DNA of 64,000 nt from Octopus sinensis (taxonomy: Eukaryota), in the NCBI RefSeq assembly GCF_006345805.1, contig NC_043004.1, positions 35,836,001-35,900,000 on the forward strand. Direction: 5' to 3'. Position numbers and translations under genes: made by a program. Below the pieces are notes generated by a model. It was not told the origin of the DNA, searched no databases, and saw nothing but the letters and a program-made list of their open reading frames with translations. This document shows positions 40,231 to 52,460 of this stretch, piece by piece (position 1 is the first letter of the stretch; each line of letters opens with the position of its first letter).

Positions 40231-40452
40231 TTTTACGTGCCTTCAGCACATATACAAATATCCTGATTTCCTTGAAGCAATAACAATTTAAGAAATAATG
40301 ATTTGTCACATTGACACAATATGATAGATTTGTTGGGGTAGAGTAAACGTCTTTCAATGTATGTGTCTGACACATCATTAACTCCAGATGAATGAATCTC
40401 AGAACCCACACTGGCAGGATTTGAACCAACAATGTAGACGGATGCAACCAGA

Positions 40453-40775
40453 TCATCACCATCATCATCATCATTTAACGTCCACTTTCCATGCCAGCAT
40501 GGGTTGGATGATTTTGACTGAGGGCTGGTGAACCAGACGGCCGTGCCAGGCTGCAATCTTGACCTGGCAGAGTTTCTACAGCTGGATGCCCTTCCTAATG
40601 CCAACCACTCCAAGAGTGTAGTGGGTGCTCTTTACGTGCCACCGGCACAGGGGCCAGTTAGGCAGTACTGGCAATAACCTCGCTTGAATCTTTTTACACA
40701 TGCCACCAGCACAGGTGCCAGTAAGGCGATGCTGGTAACAATCACACTAGAATGGTGCCTTTTATGTGCCACTAG
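40453..40775 (-). mobile_element. RTE-3'UTR/SINE-like repeat
   Basis: (ATC)n tail then the shared body. Confidence 0.8.
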
Positions 40776-40784
40776 CTTATCTTT

Positions 40785-41035
40785 TACTTGTTTCAGTCAT
40801 TAGACTGTGGCCATGCTGGGGCAACACCTTGAAGAATATTTAGCCTAACAAATCAATCACACATACACATATGATGGGCTTCTTTCACTTTCCATCCACC
40901 AGATCCACTCACAAGTTTTTGGTCAGTTCATGACTATAGTAGAAGACACATGACCAAGGTGCCCTGCAGTGGGGCTGAACATGAATCCATATGCTTAGGA
41001 AGCAGGCTTGTTACCACACAACCATGCTCGCACCT
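40785..41035 (-). mobile_element. Decayed tRNA-headed SINE (46578 family)
   Basis: Minus strand GGTGCGAGCATGGTTGTGTGGTAAC...GCACCTTGGTC... and tail CAGTCTAATGACTGAAACAAGTAAAAGA. Confidence 0.65.
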
Positions 41036-42060
41036 AAATAAATAAAAATATTTAGAAAAACATTCCACTCTCATCACATGCAATTATTGATTAGGAGTTT
41101 CCCTCGGTTAGCAAATATTTGAACAGCTAAATATTCTCGGTGCTGGTGGAAATGCTTGAATTTTATGGCAATTAGCATTCGTCATTGTAAATTCCTAATA
41201 TCAAATGCAACATCCAATTACCCATATATTCAGGTTTGTTTTTAATACACAAGTCATGAAGTACAGCCACTGTCGCAGAGATTGGCTTCTTCACTCAAAC
41301 TAGATATTAAATGGAAATATGGAGCTGTTGTCGTTTCAGAGACGAATTCAATGTGAGGGCATAAGCTATAATATGGAAAATGGTTATGAATTAAACATTT
41401 TAGGATAGGATTAGCTTGTTGCTCTATATCACTGATGCTTCCACATACATACATACATATGTATATATTAATATGTACATCTGTATTTTTATATATATAC
41501 TCATACATCAAATGCATGTGTGTTTGTAGACCTGTATATAAATGTGTAATATGTATGTGTGTATGTGCATAGATAGATGTAGTAAGAAAGAGTGTGTATG
41601 CATATATATATATATAGGTTTGGTGGCACGAACAAGTGAAATCAAGCTCAATATGCAAAGCAGAGCTTATAGATATATCTATTAGCTGTAAAACTATATC
41701 AGTGGCAAAAACGTCTGTGCGCGTGTGTGTCTGTATGTGTGTGTGTGAGAGAGAGAGAGAGAGTATGTGTGCACGTGCATGTGTGTGTGAGACTGTTAGT
41801 GTCTGAATATCTTCACTTTTTACACCGTTTGTGCATCAGCTTGGTTGTTTCTCTCGGTCATAAACTTGATAAACGTCCCTCTCACAGAAAATAAACCTAT
41901 CAAATACTCACATCTCATATGAGATTGGGTCATCATCATCAAGAATTTTCCTCAAGATTTTTTATTTATTTTAGCTACTACTCTTTTGAAATTAAAATGA
42001 AGCTGAACTCCACAAGAAAAAGTAAACTTCACACGACAATGAGGAATGAAACAGTCACAC

Positions 42061-42432
42061 TCTGAGCACCTTTTCAAACTCCATCTGTCTAACACCCGTG
42101 GACATGTTTACAAAGTCAGAAAACAGCACAGCTCCCATGACTTTTGGAAACATTTTTTCATGCCAAGAGTTGCTGAAGTATGGAACAAACTGCCGGCATC
42201 AGTTGTTAGTTGTTGGAGCACTGCATCCTTCAAAACTTCCATGCTTCCTGAGATTCACCAACACTACACCTGATTTTCTCCCATCCATAAACATGCAAGC
42301 ATGTATCTGACTCATACACTGTTCCCTTCCCAGACATTTGTACATTACTGCATATGCTTTATACGCACTTTTGACAAGTTGTGGTGCACCTGAGCAGTGT
42401 ACACAATAATTTCATTATTATCATTATTATTA
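42061..42432 (+). mobile_element. CR1-type LINE 3' end with (ATT)n tail
   Basis: SNTRGHVYKVRK...HFFMPRVAEVWNKLPASVV...FK; sister copy of 33951-34312. Confidence 0.85.
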
Positions 42433-43074
42433 CTACAACGCTGCATGCAATGATGAGCCATTGCTCAGCATAAAACCTGTTGGTAGCCAGACAGGACAGA
42501 CGACAGAGCTATTTGTCTTTGTCCTGGACAAAATGTAATTCTGGAAACCGCTACACTTTGTTGTCCAGTATACCATCATTTCAACCATCAACTATTTTAT
42601 CAAACAGGGACTATTTCCACATACACACACACACACACAAATACACATACACACAAACATACATACATATATATATATATAATTGTAGCAGAAGCAATGT
42701 TATAGAATGTTGTAGAGGCAGCTTGTGATGGAGAGTTTCTCTATCAGTCATATGGCTGATGAGAAGCAAAGAAGATAGGAATGAAAATCGATACAAATCA
42801 GATAAAGGTATTAGCTGCTCTTAGTTGTGTGTAGACAAAATCTGTATTAACAACGTGAGACATTCTGCTACTCTATAATAGCATTTTTTACATATTTTCC
42901 CAATATACTATATAATAGCTTTCATTGAAAATAGAGGAAACGGCTTCTATTTGGTGTGTGTTGTTCTGTGTCAGCAGTAGAGTGTGAATCTTTCTATGCG
43001 TAGAGCTGTGCATATGTTCAGGTGTATTTACAGACAGAAATGTATTTTAAGCTTCATGCAACAGTACACCTATT

Positions 43075-43116
<42 letters not shown>

Positions 43117-43201
43117 CGTGTGTGTGTGTGTGTATATATGTGAGTGTGTGTGTGTGTGTGTGCGTGCATGCATGTGTGTGTGTGTGTATCTATCTATTTA
43201 G

Positions 43202-43258
<57 letters not shown>

Positions 43259-43327
43259 CACAAATATAGATATAAGTATGTACATATATGTATGTATATA
43301 TGCATATATATATATTATTTATATATA

Positions 43328-43376
<49 letters not shown>

Positions 43377-43425
43377 ATATATATTTACATATATACATAT
43401 AATATATATATATTATATATATATA

Positions 43426-43506
<81 letters not shown>

Positions 43507-44180
43507 TTAGTGAAAGAGAGAGAGATGTACATGTATAACAAATAAAAAAAGATTTCTTTTTTCCTCATCTCTCTTTCTACCTCCCCCCCCCCGTCTCTCT
43601 GCATACACACACATGTGTATGTAATCACCAGCTACTGTTGCCTGAGATATACAAGGACATCTAACCACGGCTGAATATCCACTACTTCGCATCCTTTCGC
43701 AGGTTCTCTGCTATGTTCATTAGCCACACACTTAATACACAACAATTCAATTCAACTTGCATAAATTGTAAAGCAGCAAAGACTGGTATTAAATGCTGTG
43801 AAATTGCTTAATATTTCATTAGATAGCCATGCTGAGTTCAGCTCATCCTGGAAAGACTTTCAGAAAAGTGAGAAATCTCAACATTCCCACCTATTTGTTC
43901 AAAAACACCACAATGTTGCGATAGCATTAGGAACAGATTAAAGTATGAAGAAAGGGGACATTTTCCAATTCTCATGCATGTGTTTATACCTCCTGTACTA
44001 GTTCTACATCTATGATTTCAAAATGGTTTCTAGGAATCGAGAAAGGATTTTGTGGAAAACAAACTATAAACACAACATGTTATGAGAATACTTGCAATTT
44101 CATATTGAAAGCTTTGTTCCCAGAGAATGAGTAAAAGAAACAAGAGACTTAAACATGCACTTTGCATCGTCTCTCCCCAA

Positions 44181-44537
44181 TAGGCGTAGGAGTGGCTGTG
44201 TGGTAAGTAGCTTGCTTCCCAACCACATGGTTCCAGGTTCAGTCCAAATGCATCGCACATTGGGTGTCTTCTACTATAGCCTTGGGCAGACCAAAGCCTT
44301 CTGAGTGGATTTGGTTGACGGAAACTGAAAGAAGCCCATCGTATATATATATAACTTATAAGTAAGGGCAAACGAAAAAATTTCTAATGCCAAATATGCC
44401 GAAAATATACATATATACATATATATACATACATATATATATATATATATAGATATATATATACATACATATATATATATATATATAGATATATATATAT
44501 ATATATACATACATATGTATATATATATCTATATATA

Positions 44538-44573
<36 letters not shown>

Positions 44574-44790
44574 TGTGTGTGTGTATGTATATGTTTGTGT
44601 GTCTGTATCTGTCTCCCCATCACTTGACAACTGATGCTGGTGTGTTTACATCCCTGTAACTTAGCAGTGGGGCAATAGACTAATAGAACAAGTACTAGGC
44701 TTACAAAGAATAAGTCCTGGGGTCAATTTACTCGACTAAAGGTGCTGCTCCATCATGGCTGCAGTCAAATGACTGAAGCAAATAGAATAA
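44181..44790 (+). mobile_element. tRNA-headed SINE (46578 family) expanded by an internal TA/TATG microsatellite
   Basis: GGCGTAGGAGTGGCTGTGTGGTAAGTAGCTTGC head; 3' part GTGCTGCTCCATCATGGCTGCAGTCAAATGACTGAAGCAA. Confidence 0.8.
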
Positions 44791-45315
44791 AATACATACA
44801 TACAAACATGTATGTATGTATGTATGTATGTATGTATGTATGTGTGTAGTGTGTATATATGTGTATGTTTTTGTGTGTATATATGTATATATATACACAT
44901 ATATACATATATATATAATGTGAGTGAATGTGTTATAGTTTTCCTTTTTGGTACACATTGCTTACTGCTGCCTCGCATGGCCTCAGCCTTAGGGTTGAAA
45001 CATATAAAAGAATAAAAGAATAAATATATATATATATAAGAAACATGTTAAAAATAATGGCCATTACATGTAATTGCTTTATTAGAGCAAATTTGGCTTA
45101 CAGCTGTTTCCAGTAGTCATTATATGTTCATTACTGATAGGTTTACTCAGTTGGTTTATCAATCAATTGAAGTTAATTGAACGACCCAAGAAAATTAATG
45201 CTACTTTCATCAGAGCCATTTCTGAAAGTCTTCACTAATCTAAACAATATTGTTAGCCAGGTGTACTTATGAAGTATTTTGCCCAGGTTGATGATCCTTC
45301 ACTATTAGCTTTGTC

Positions 45316-45325
45316 ATATATATAT

Positions 45326-45373
<48 letters not shown>

Positions 45374-45384
45374 TAGATAGGTAT

Positions 45385-45457
<73 letters not shown>

Positions 45458-45458
45458 C
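45316..45458. repeat. (TA)n + (GATA)n microsatellite
   Basis: Directly visible. Confidence 0.95.
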
Positions 45459-46578
45459 ATATAATATGATATATAAACCTGTTCAAACATCATTAAATAT
45501 ATCACAGGTTTATTGATGAATGCAGGTCAGTTACAAATCTGAAAGATTATTGTCCAAATTTGCATATTTGAGACTTGAATACCTAATTACTCAATCTTCA
45601 TATCAATTTGATATTGATTTGAATGTTATCCTAAGCAACCAGTGCAGCACCTGTGATCAGTGGGGTCACTTAAGCAACTTTTCCTGTGCACATATTTATT
45701 AACAGATGTTAGTCATTTTTCAACTCCCTGTTTTGATGTTTAGGGATCAGATTTTGCTGAGCACTGCAGTTTCAATAGCCTGTTTAGATTTGCAATAAAG
45801 TGGATCCATCATCAATTAACACCTGTTTCCCATGTTTGGGTTGGTAGGATAGACAGAATCCACTGATCTAAAGAACTGCATTGAGCTTCAGTCTCTGCTT
45901 TGGTATGGTTTCTACAGTTGGCTGTCCTTCCTAATACCAACCACTTTACAGAGTGTACTGGATGTCTTTTGATATTTGAGTTAAAGACTGAAAACTTGCA
46001 TAAACTATGGCACCAGACTTTAAAGCGCAAGAATTTAAAAATCACAAAAAAATATATTTTATCCAATTTGCATTACATTGTAAATTTTGCTTCTTTCTTC
46101 AAAAGATACTAAAATCACAGTAAATCTAAAAAATGTCATCTAACGTACATCACATTTTCACCAAATGAAATTGGTTGCTCTCATTTTTAAAATGCAACCA
46201 TTTTTGTTCCAGTTCCATCATCATCATCATCATCCTCATCATTTTAATGTCCACTTTTCTATGCTTGCTTTTGTCAAGGAAGATCGTCTATGGTCAGATA
46301 TCCTAATATTTTTCCATGGCCAAACATGTTTTCAGAGAAGACAAGAAACTAGAGACAGCAATGCTCATTTATAACTCACCTGTGACATTGAGGTAAAGAG
46401 GTACAAATTCCCATGCAAGGATATATGACAGGCTGCTTTCAGTTTCTCTACCAAATCCACTAACACTGCTTTGGGTGGCCCCATGTATTTGAATATTTGG
46501 TGTACTTTACCAACTGACAGATAATATTAATAAATGTGTCATACTTGCTTATAGATATTATATGAAAATAATTCACTA

Positions 46579-46990
46579 GGCGCAGGAGTGGCTGTGTGGT
46601 AAGTAGCTTGCTAACCAACCACATGGTTCCGGGTTCAGTCCCACTGCGTGGCACCTTGGGCAAGTGTCTTCTGCTATAGCCTCAGGCTGACCAAAGCCTT
46701 GTGAGTGGATTTGGTAGACGGAAACTGAAAGAAGCCTGTCGTATATATGTATATATATGTATATATGTGTGTGCACGTATGTTTGTGTTTGTCCCCCTAG
46801 CATTGCTTGACAACTGATGCTGGTGTGTTTATGTCCCCGTCACTTAGTGGTTCGGCAAAAGAGACCGATAGAATAAGTACTGGGCTTACAAAGAATAAGT
46901 CCTGGGGTCGAGTTGCTCGATTGAAGGCGGTGCTCCAGCATGGCCACAGTCAAATGACTAAAACAAGTAAAAGAGTAAAAGAGTAAAAGA
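46579..46990 (+). mobile_element. tRNA-headed SINE with CORE-like central block and (GTAAAAGA)n tail
   Basis: A-box-like TGGCTGTGTGG, B-box-like GGTTCAGTCCC, then GCACCTTGGGCAAGTG (CORE-SINE-like) and a repeated AGTAAAAG tail. Confidence 0.85.
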
Positions 46991-48308
46991 GATAGAAATT
47001 TCGCCTACAATGAAAAGACAAGCCATTAGCATTAATGAAATCTGTTCTCAAAAATGACAAAGGAGAGAACTCTTGAAATTTCAGTCGACTGAAAATGAAT
47101 CCGAGATATGCAGAAGTGGGGAGTTAGTCTGATTCTTGATAGCTATGATGACATGTTTCAATCTCCTTAGACCTCATCAATAAAGTGTAATTTCTTTGCA
47201 GCTTAACAATATATTCTTTATACAAAGGGCACCCTTGGTAAACTTTACCATATCATTATTTTAAATTTGCCTATTTGTCAGCGTAATATCTTGGATCAAG
47301 ATAATAAAGTTTAATGTTTAAAGGAGTAAATTAATTGTGAGGGCAATAAAGTACCCCTTCAAACATTAAAGTATGCTGTCTTGAGGTACTTACAAGAATA
47401 TGGAATGGGCTGTCAAGAGATAAATAGCTTGGGTGTGTTACATATGAATGTAATGTGGAATTTAAAACTCTTGACTTCACAATACATAGTCACATCAATA
47501 AAAATATTTTATTTTACAATTTATTGTGATACTGGTTTCAAATTTTGGCACCAGGCCAGCAATTTCAAGGGAGACAGTAAGTTGATTACATCAACTCCAG
47601 TGGTGAACAGGTATCTATTTTATTGATGCCAAAAGGATGAAGGCAGAATTTGAACTCAGAACATGAAGACAAATGAAATGGTGCTAATGGTTCTGCCGAC
47701 TCACCACCTTCAGATTTATTATGATACTAGCATGTGTTGTGTGACGGTGGTACCCTGTATCACAACATTACACTCTAGCAGCTTGCAGTGTATCCAGTTA
47801 TAAAATTCCTGTTGCATAACACTGTTGACCATGGTTACAGGATTCACCAAAGTTTAAGCAAAGAACTTTTTTTTTTAAATGTTTGCTTTAGTTATTTATA
47901 ATGCTTAGATATGTAAACATTTCTTTAATGACTCAACATTAAACAGCCAAAGTATATTTATGCATATGCTCAGAGGAAAATCAATATCAATCAAAAAAAA
48001 TTGAATGAATTTTTTTCATCAATAGGTACAGAGTAGATAACTGCAGATATGTTTTGCTTTTATTTTAAAGCTCCCCTGCAAATCTGTCAGTATGTCTCTA
48101 ATGCCATGACAACCGATATATGAATTAGTATGCATACTTAACTATTTGATCATTAATATCCTCATAACTTAAATTGGCGAGTTGGCAGAATTGTTAGCAC
48201 ACCAGGGAAAATGCTGCTAAGCATGTTGTCTGTGTTTACATTGTGAGTTCAAATTCCACTGAGGTCTACTTTCCTTTTCCTCCTTTCAGGGTCAATAAAA
48301 TAAGTACC

Positions 48309-48540
48309 TATTTCTTTACTACCCACAAGGTGTTAAACACAGAAGGAACAAACAAGGACAGACAAACAGATTAAGTCAATTATATCGACCCCAGTTCATA
48401 ACTGGTACTTATTTAATCGACCCCGAAAGGATGAAAGGCAAAGTCAACCTCAGTGAAATTTGAACTCAGAACGTAACGGCAGATGAAATACTGCTATGTA
48501 TTTCGCCTGGCGTGCTAGCAATTCTGCCAGCTCACCGCCT
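48309..48540 (-). mobile_element. tRNA-derived SINE inserted into an older, oppositely oriented related copy; 13-bp TSD
   Basis: TAAAATAAGTACC at 48296-48308 and 48541-48553; the host copy spans ~48171-48600 on the plus strand. Confidence 0.88.
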
Positions 48541-49394
48541 TAAAATAAGTACCAATTATGTTCTGGGGTTGGTGTAATCAACTTACCCCTCCCTCAAAAT
48601 TGCTGGCCTTGTGCCCAGATTTGTAACCAATATTCTCAAAGAATTATGTTTTGTTGGTGAACCTTCAAAAACACCATGTCTTACTAATGTTTGTCTTTCA
48701 CACCATATCTGTGAATAAACATTCTCTGTTTAATGTTCTAATAATTAAATGTGTTCATCTTCACAGCTGTCTGCTTGTGTGGATGGTATCCAAGACAAAT
48801 TGAATCTGTTAACTATGAGGTGTCCATATTTAGTATTATCTGTTTGTCATATAAGATGCTAGCATATTGTCTGTTATGTATACTCTGTGTACAGATGATT
48901 GTTATGTACAATCTATCTATAATGTATATGATTTTATTTGTGTATGTTTGTGTATTATATACATGTTTCGTATATTTATATTGTTTATTTATATGTGTAG
49001 CTATATTGATCAATATGTATGTATACATGTATGTATGTGTCTATGTGGCTCCATTTTTAAGAAGAATGTGTATGTTTGAATAGTTACGTGTGCGTATATT
49101 TTAACAGGGTATGTGTAGGTGTATGTATGCGTGTGAATGTGCATTAACAAGAATGATGTTATCAATAGTCAATATAATGTCTATTTGAGAGAATTATGCT
49201 AAACCAATAATGTATAAGAAGCATCCGTTGATTCAATAATCCTTTGTTCTCAGATAAAAAAAAAGGGGGTTTATTTTTATTGTTGCTAAAAAACATTAAA
49301 AACATAAAATATATTCTTCAAATTCATACTTATTCAAAGTGTCAAAAACAAAACACAGCTATACACAGAGAAAAGATATTGATCCACCTACATA

Positions 49395-49735
49395 CCGAGA
49401 GAGGGAGGGAGAAAGGGGGAGAGTGGGGGAGGAGAGAGGGAGTAGCAAGAGAGAGAGGGAGGAGAGAGGGACTGATAGGAGGATAAGAGGAGAGAGAGGG
49501 AGAGAGAGAGAAAGAGAGAGAGAGGAGAGAGAAAGTGAGAGAGAAACTGATAGGGGGATAGGAGGAAAGAGAGAGAGACTGATAGGGGGATAAGAGGAGA
49601 GAGAGGGAGAGAGAGAGGGAGGATGAGAGCGGGAGGAGAGAGAGAGAGGAGAGAGAGTGGGAGACAGAATGAAAAAGATGAGAAAGAGAGAGGATGAGAG
49701 AGAAATGAAAGAAAAAGATGAAAGAGAGAGAGAAA
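49395..49735. repeat. GA-rich low-complexity tract with a thrice-repeated ACTGATAGG(G/A)GGATA motif
   Basis: Directly visible. Confidence 0.85.
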
Positions 49736-49815
49736 ACTTGGGTGTATTGTCAATATGTATTATATATATTATATAAATTGTATATATATATATATATATA
49801 TTATATGTATTATAT

Positions 49816-49846
<31 letters not shown>

Positions 49847-49882
49847 TATATGTATATATATATATTTATATTATATGTATTA

Positions 49883-49930
<48 letters not shown>

Positions 49931-51351
49931 TATAGACGTGTGTATAAAAGTATGTCTGTGCTCACATACACGATTTGTGTTTAACAAGTTTGTTTCCCAA
50001 GTATATGATTCTAGGTTTGATTCCCTGCTGTGGAATCTCGGGCAAGTGTTGGCTATCATAACATCATGTTGCTTGTAAACAGAATTTGAAATTTGGTAGC
50101 TGGAAACTGTACAGAAGCCCCTACTACACACACACAACTCACAAGTAAACTGCATCTCATTCTACTACTACTACTACTACTAGTACTGCAGTTCACCTCT
50201 ACCTTAAACCTATCTAAAAAGTCATCTCTCACCTTCCATGTTCTTCCTGTCCCACATTATTTCCTGAACTTACTAATTTTTCTTAGCGTCTCATTCTCAG
50301 AATATCAGATTTCTAGAAATTACTCTACTCGAGAATTCTCGGGTTTTGTTCAATGCAAACATCAACCATATCAGTGTCTTTGATCTAAAAGGTCTACAGA
50401 CGTTCTCAGGCAAACCGTTTCTTCCATGCTAAAGCCTACAACAAAACAAAAATATAACAGAATAATCCCCCAACCATAACCGGAGAATTTCAATGATTTT
50501 AGTCCACTGAAAATTAGGAACAAATCTAACAGCAATACAACATCCATGTTGTTTCACGTCTGCTTTCCATGCTAGCATGGGTTGGACAGTTTGACTGAGG
50601 TTCCAAATAGCATTTTTTTTTTTTGTTATTTCATGACAATGTTTCACCTCAACTAAGGTGGTGAGCTGACAGAATCATTAGTACGCTGGGCAAATTGTTT
50701 AGCAGCATTTTGTCCGTCTTGATGTTCCGAGTTCAAATTCTGCTGAAGTTCACTTTGCCTTCCGTTCTTTCAAGGGTCGATGAATTAAGTACCAGCTCGC
50801 CTGAAGTTGCTGGTCTTGAGCCAAAATTTGAAATCAATATTTCACCTCAACTAAAACATGGTGGCAATGCTGTAATGTGAAATAATGCTTCGTTATAAGA
50901 TTTAGTTTATAATGACTCTTTATTAATGAGTTTGTTGGTTTGTCTAAAAACTTATGGAGGATTTTGGCAGTTAGAAATGAATGGACAGAAGAACAAAGCA
51001 AAATGTCATAATTCTTCTTCTTCTCCTTCTTCTGCTGCTGCTCCTCCTCCTCCTCCTACTACTACTACTACTACTACCAACACCAACACCACCACCACCA
51101 CCACTACTACTACTACAGGTACTGCTGCTGCTGCTGATAGTGAGATCATTTTGAGTGACAGGGAAAAGCTTTGTGAATAAAACAAGTGGAGAACTGTTTG
51201 TTCAAGGGATTATTTCAAGAAAACAAACAATTAGTGTGACTAGAGTTTATCTTATTAGTTCAGGCTGAGAACAAACTGATCACTCATTCTCATATAAAAC
51301 GCGAATCAAAGACATCTACATCTATTATATATATAATTTATATACACACAT

Positions 51352-51419
<68 letters not shown>

Positions 51420-51495
51420 ACACACACATATATATACATATATATATATAAATATATATGTATATATATACATATACATGTATATAGCTAGATAG

Positions 51496-51528
<33 letters not shown>

Positions 51529-51616
51529 GTAGGATAAAACCTTTTTCGAAAATTCTTTTCCAAAAAAAATTTTAGCAATGGCCAGCATATTAAAAAATAC
51601 CTTTAAAGGTTAAATT

Positions 51617-51792
51617 TATAAACAATTCATAGATAAGGGCAAACAAAAAAATTTCTAATGCCAAATATGCCAAAAAATTGGACATATTGTCCATTAACCA
51701 TTTAATTGGACATATTGTCCATTAACCATTTAATTGGACATATTGTCCATTAACAATATAATTTTTTCGTTTTCCCTTATCTATGAATTGTT

Positions 51793-51797
<5 letters not shown>
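51617..51797. mobile_element. Inverted-repeat element enclosing a 28-bp tandem repeat
   Basis: Arms 51617-51650 and 51762-51797 (1 indel, 2 mismatches); units AATTGGACATATTGTCCATTAACCATTT at 51676, 51704 and partial at 51732; partial family copy at ~44362-44405. Confidence 0.7.
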
Positions 51798-51825
<28 letters not shown>

Positions 51826-52129
51826 CATACATAGGACACTTACAGTCTGTTGCAGTGTGCATGTGTCCTAAGAGAAAATATGGGTATAAGAGGCATTAAA
51901 TGCACTGGTATGTTCGTGTGGTGCATATGGCTGAGGAGAGCTGCATAAAGAAATGTCAATCTGCAATTGTGGAAGGAATGTGTAGAAGAGGTAGACCCAG
52001 GAAAATGTAGGATGAGATGAGGAAATGTAATGTTTAGATGTTGAGTTTCACAGAAGTGATAACAAGTGACCAGGTCTTCTGGCAATTTTTTTGTGTCTGA
52101 GAAGAAATGTAAAACTAAGTGATATTATG

Positions 52130-52460
52130 TTCATGGTCAGTGCCAGTGACACATAAATGGCACCCATGCTGGTAACATATAAAAAGGCATCTGTGCCAGT
52201 GACACATAAAAGGCACCCATATTGGTGACACATATAAGACACCCGTGCTGGTGACACATATAAGACACCTGTGCCAGTGACACGTAAAAGGCACCCAGTT
52301 CACTCTGTGGAGTGGTTGATATTAGGAAGTGTACCCAACCATAGAAACCAAACCAAAACAGACTGGAGCCTGGTGCAGTTCTTTAGTTTACAACCTGCAG
52401 AGAAACTATCTAACCCATACCAGCATGGAAAACAGACAGTTAATGACGACAATGAATATG
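52130..52460 (+). mobile_element. Diverged RTE-3'UTR/SINE-like repeat with expanded internal subunits
   Basis: Repeated TGGTGACACAT.TAAGACACC units followed by CACTCTGTGGAGTGGTTG...CAGCATGGAAAACAGACAGTTAATGACG. Confidence 0.7.

Noticed and set aside
42525-42569. CTGGACAA...TTGTCCAG hairpin
   Set aside because: About 14 interrupted pairs, too short for a pre-miRNA.
50274-50435. 162-nt minus-strand segment with strong acceptor and GTAAGT donor; similar case on plus at ~62791-62833
   Set aside because: Stops in all three frames; may be non-coding exons, but nothing in the sequence alone supports that.
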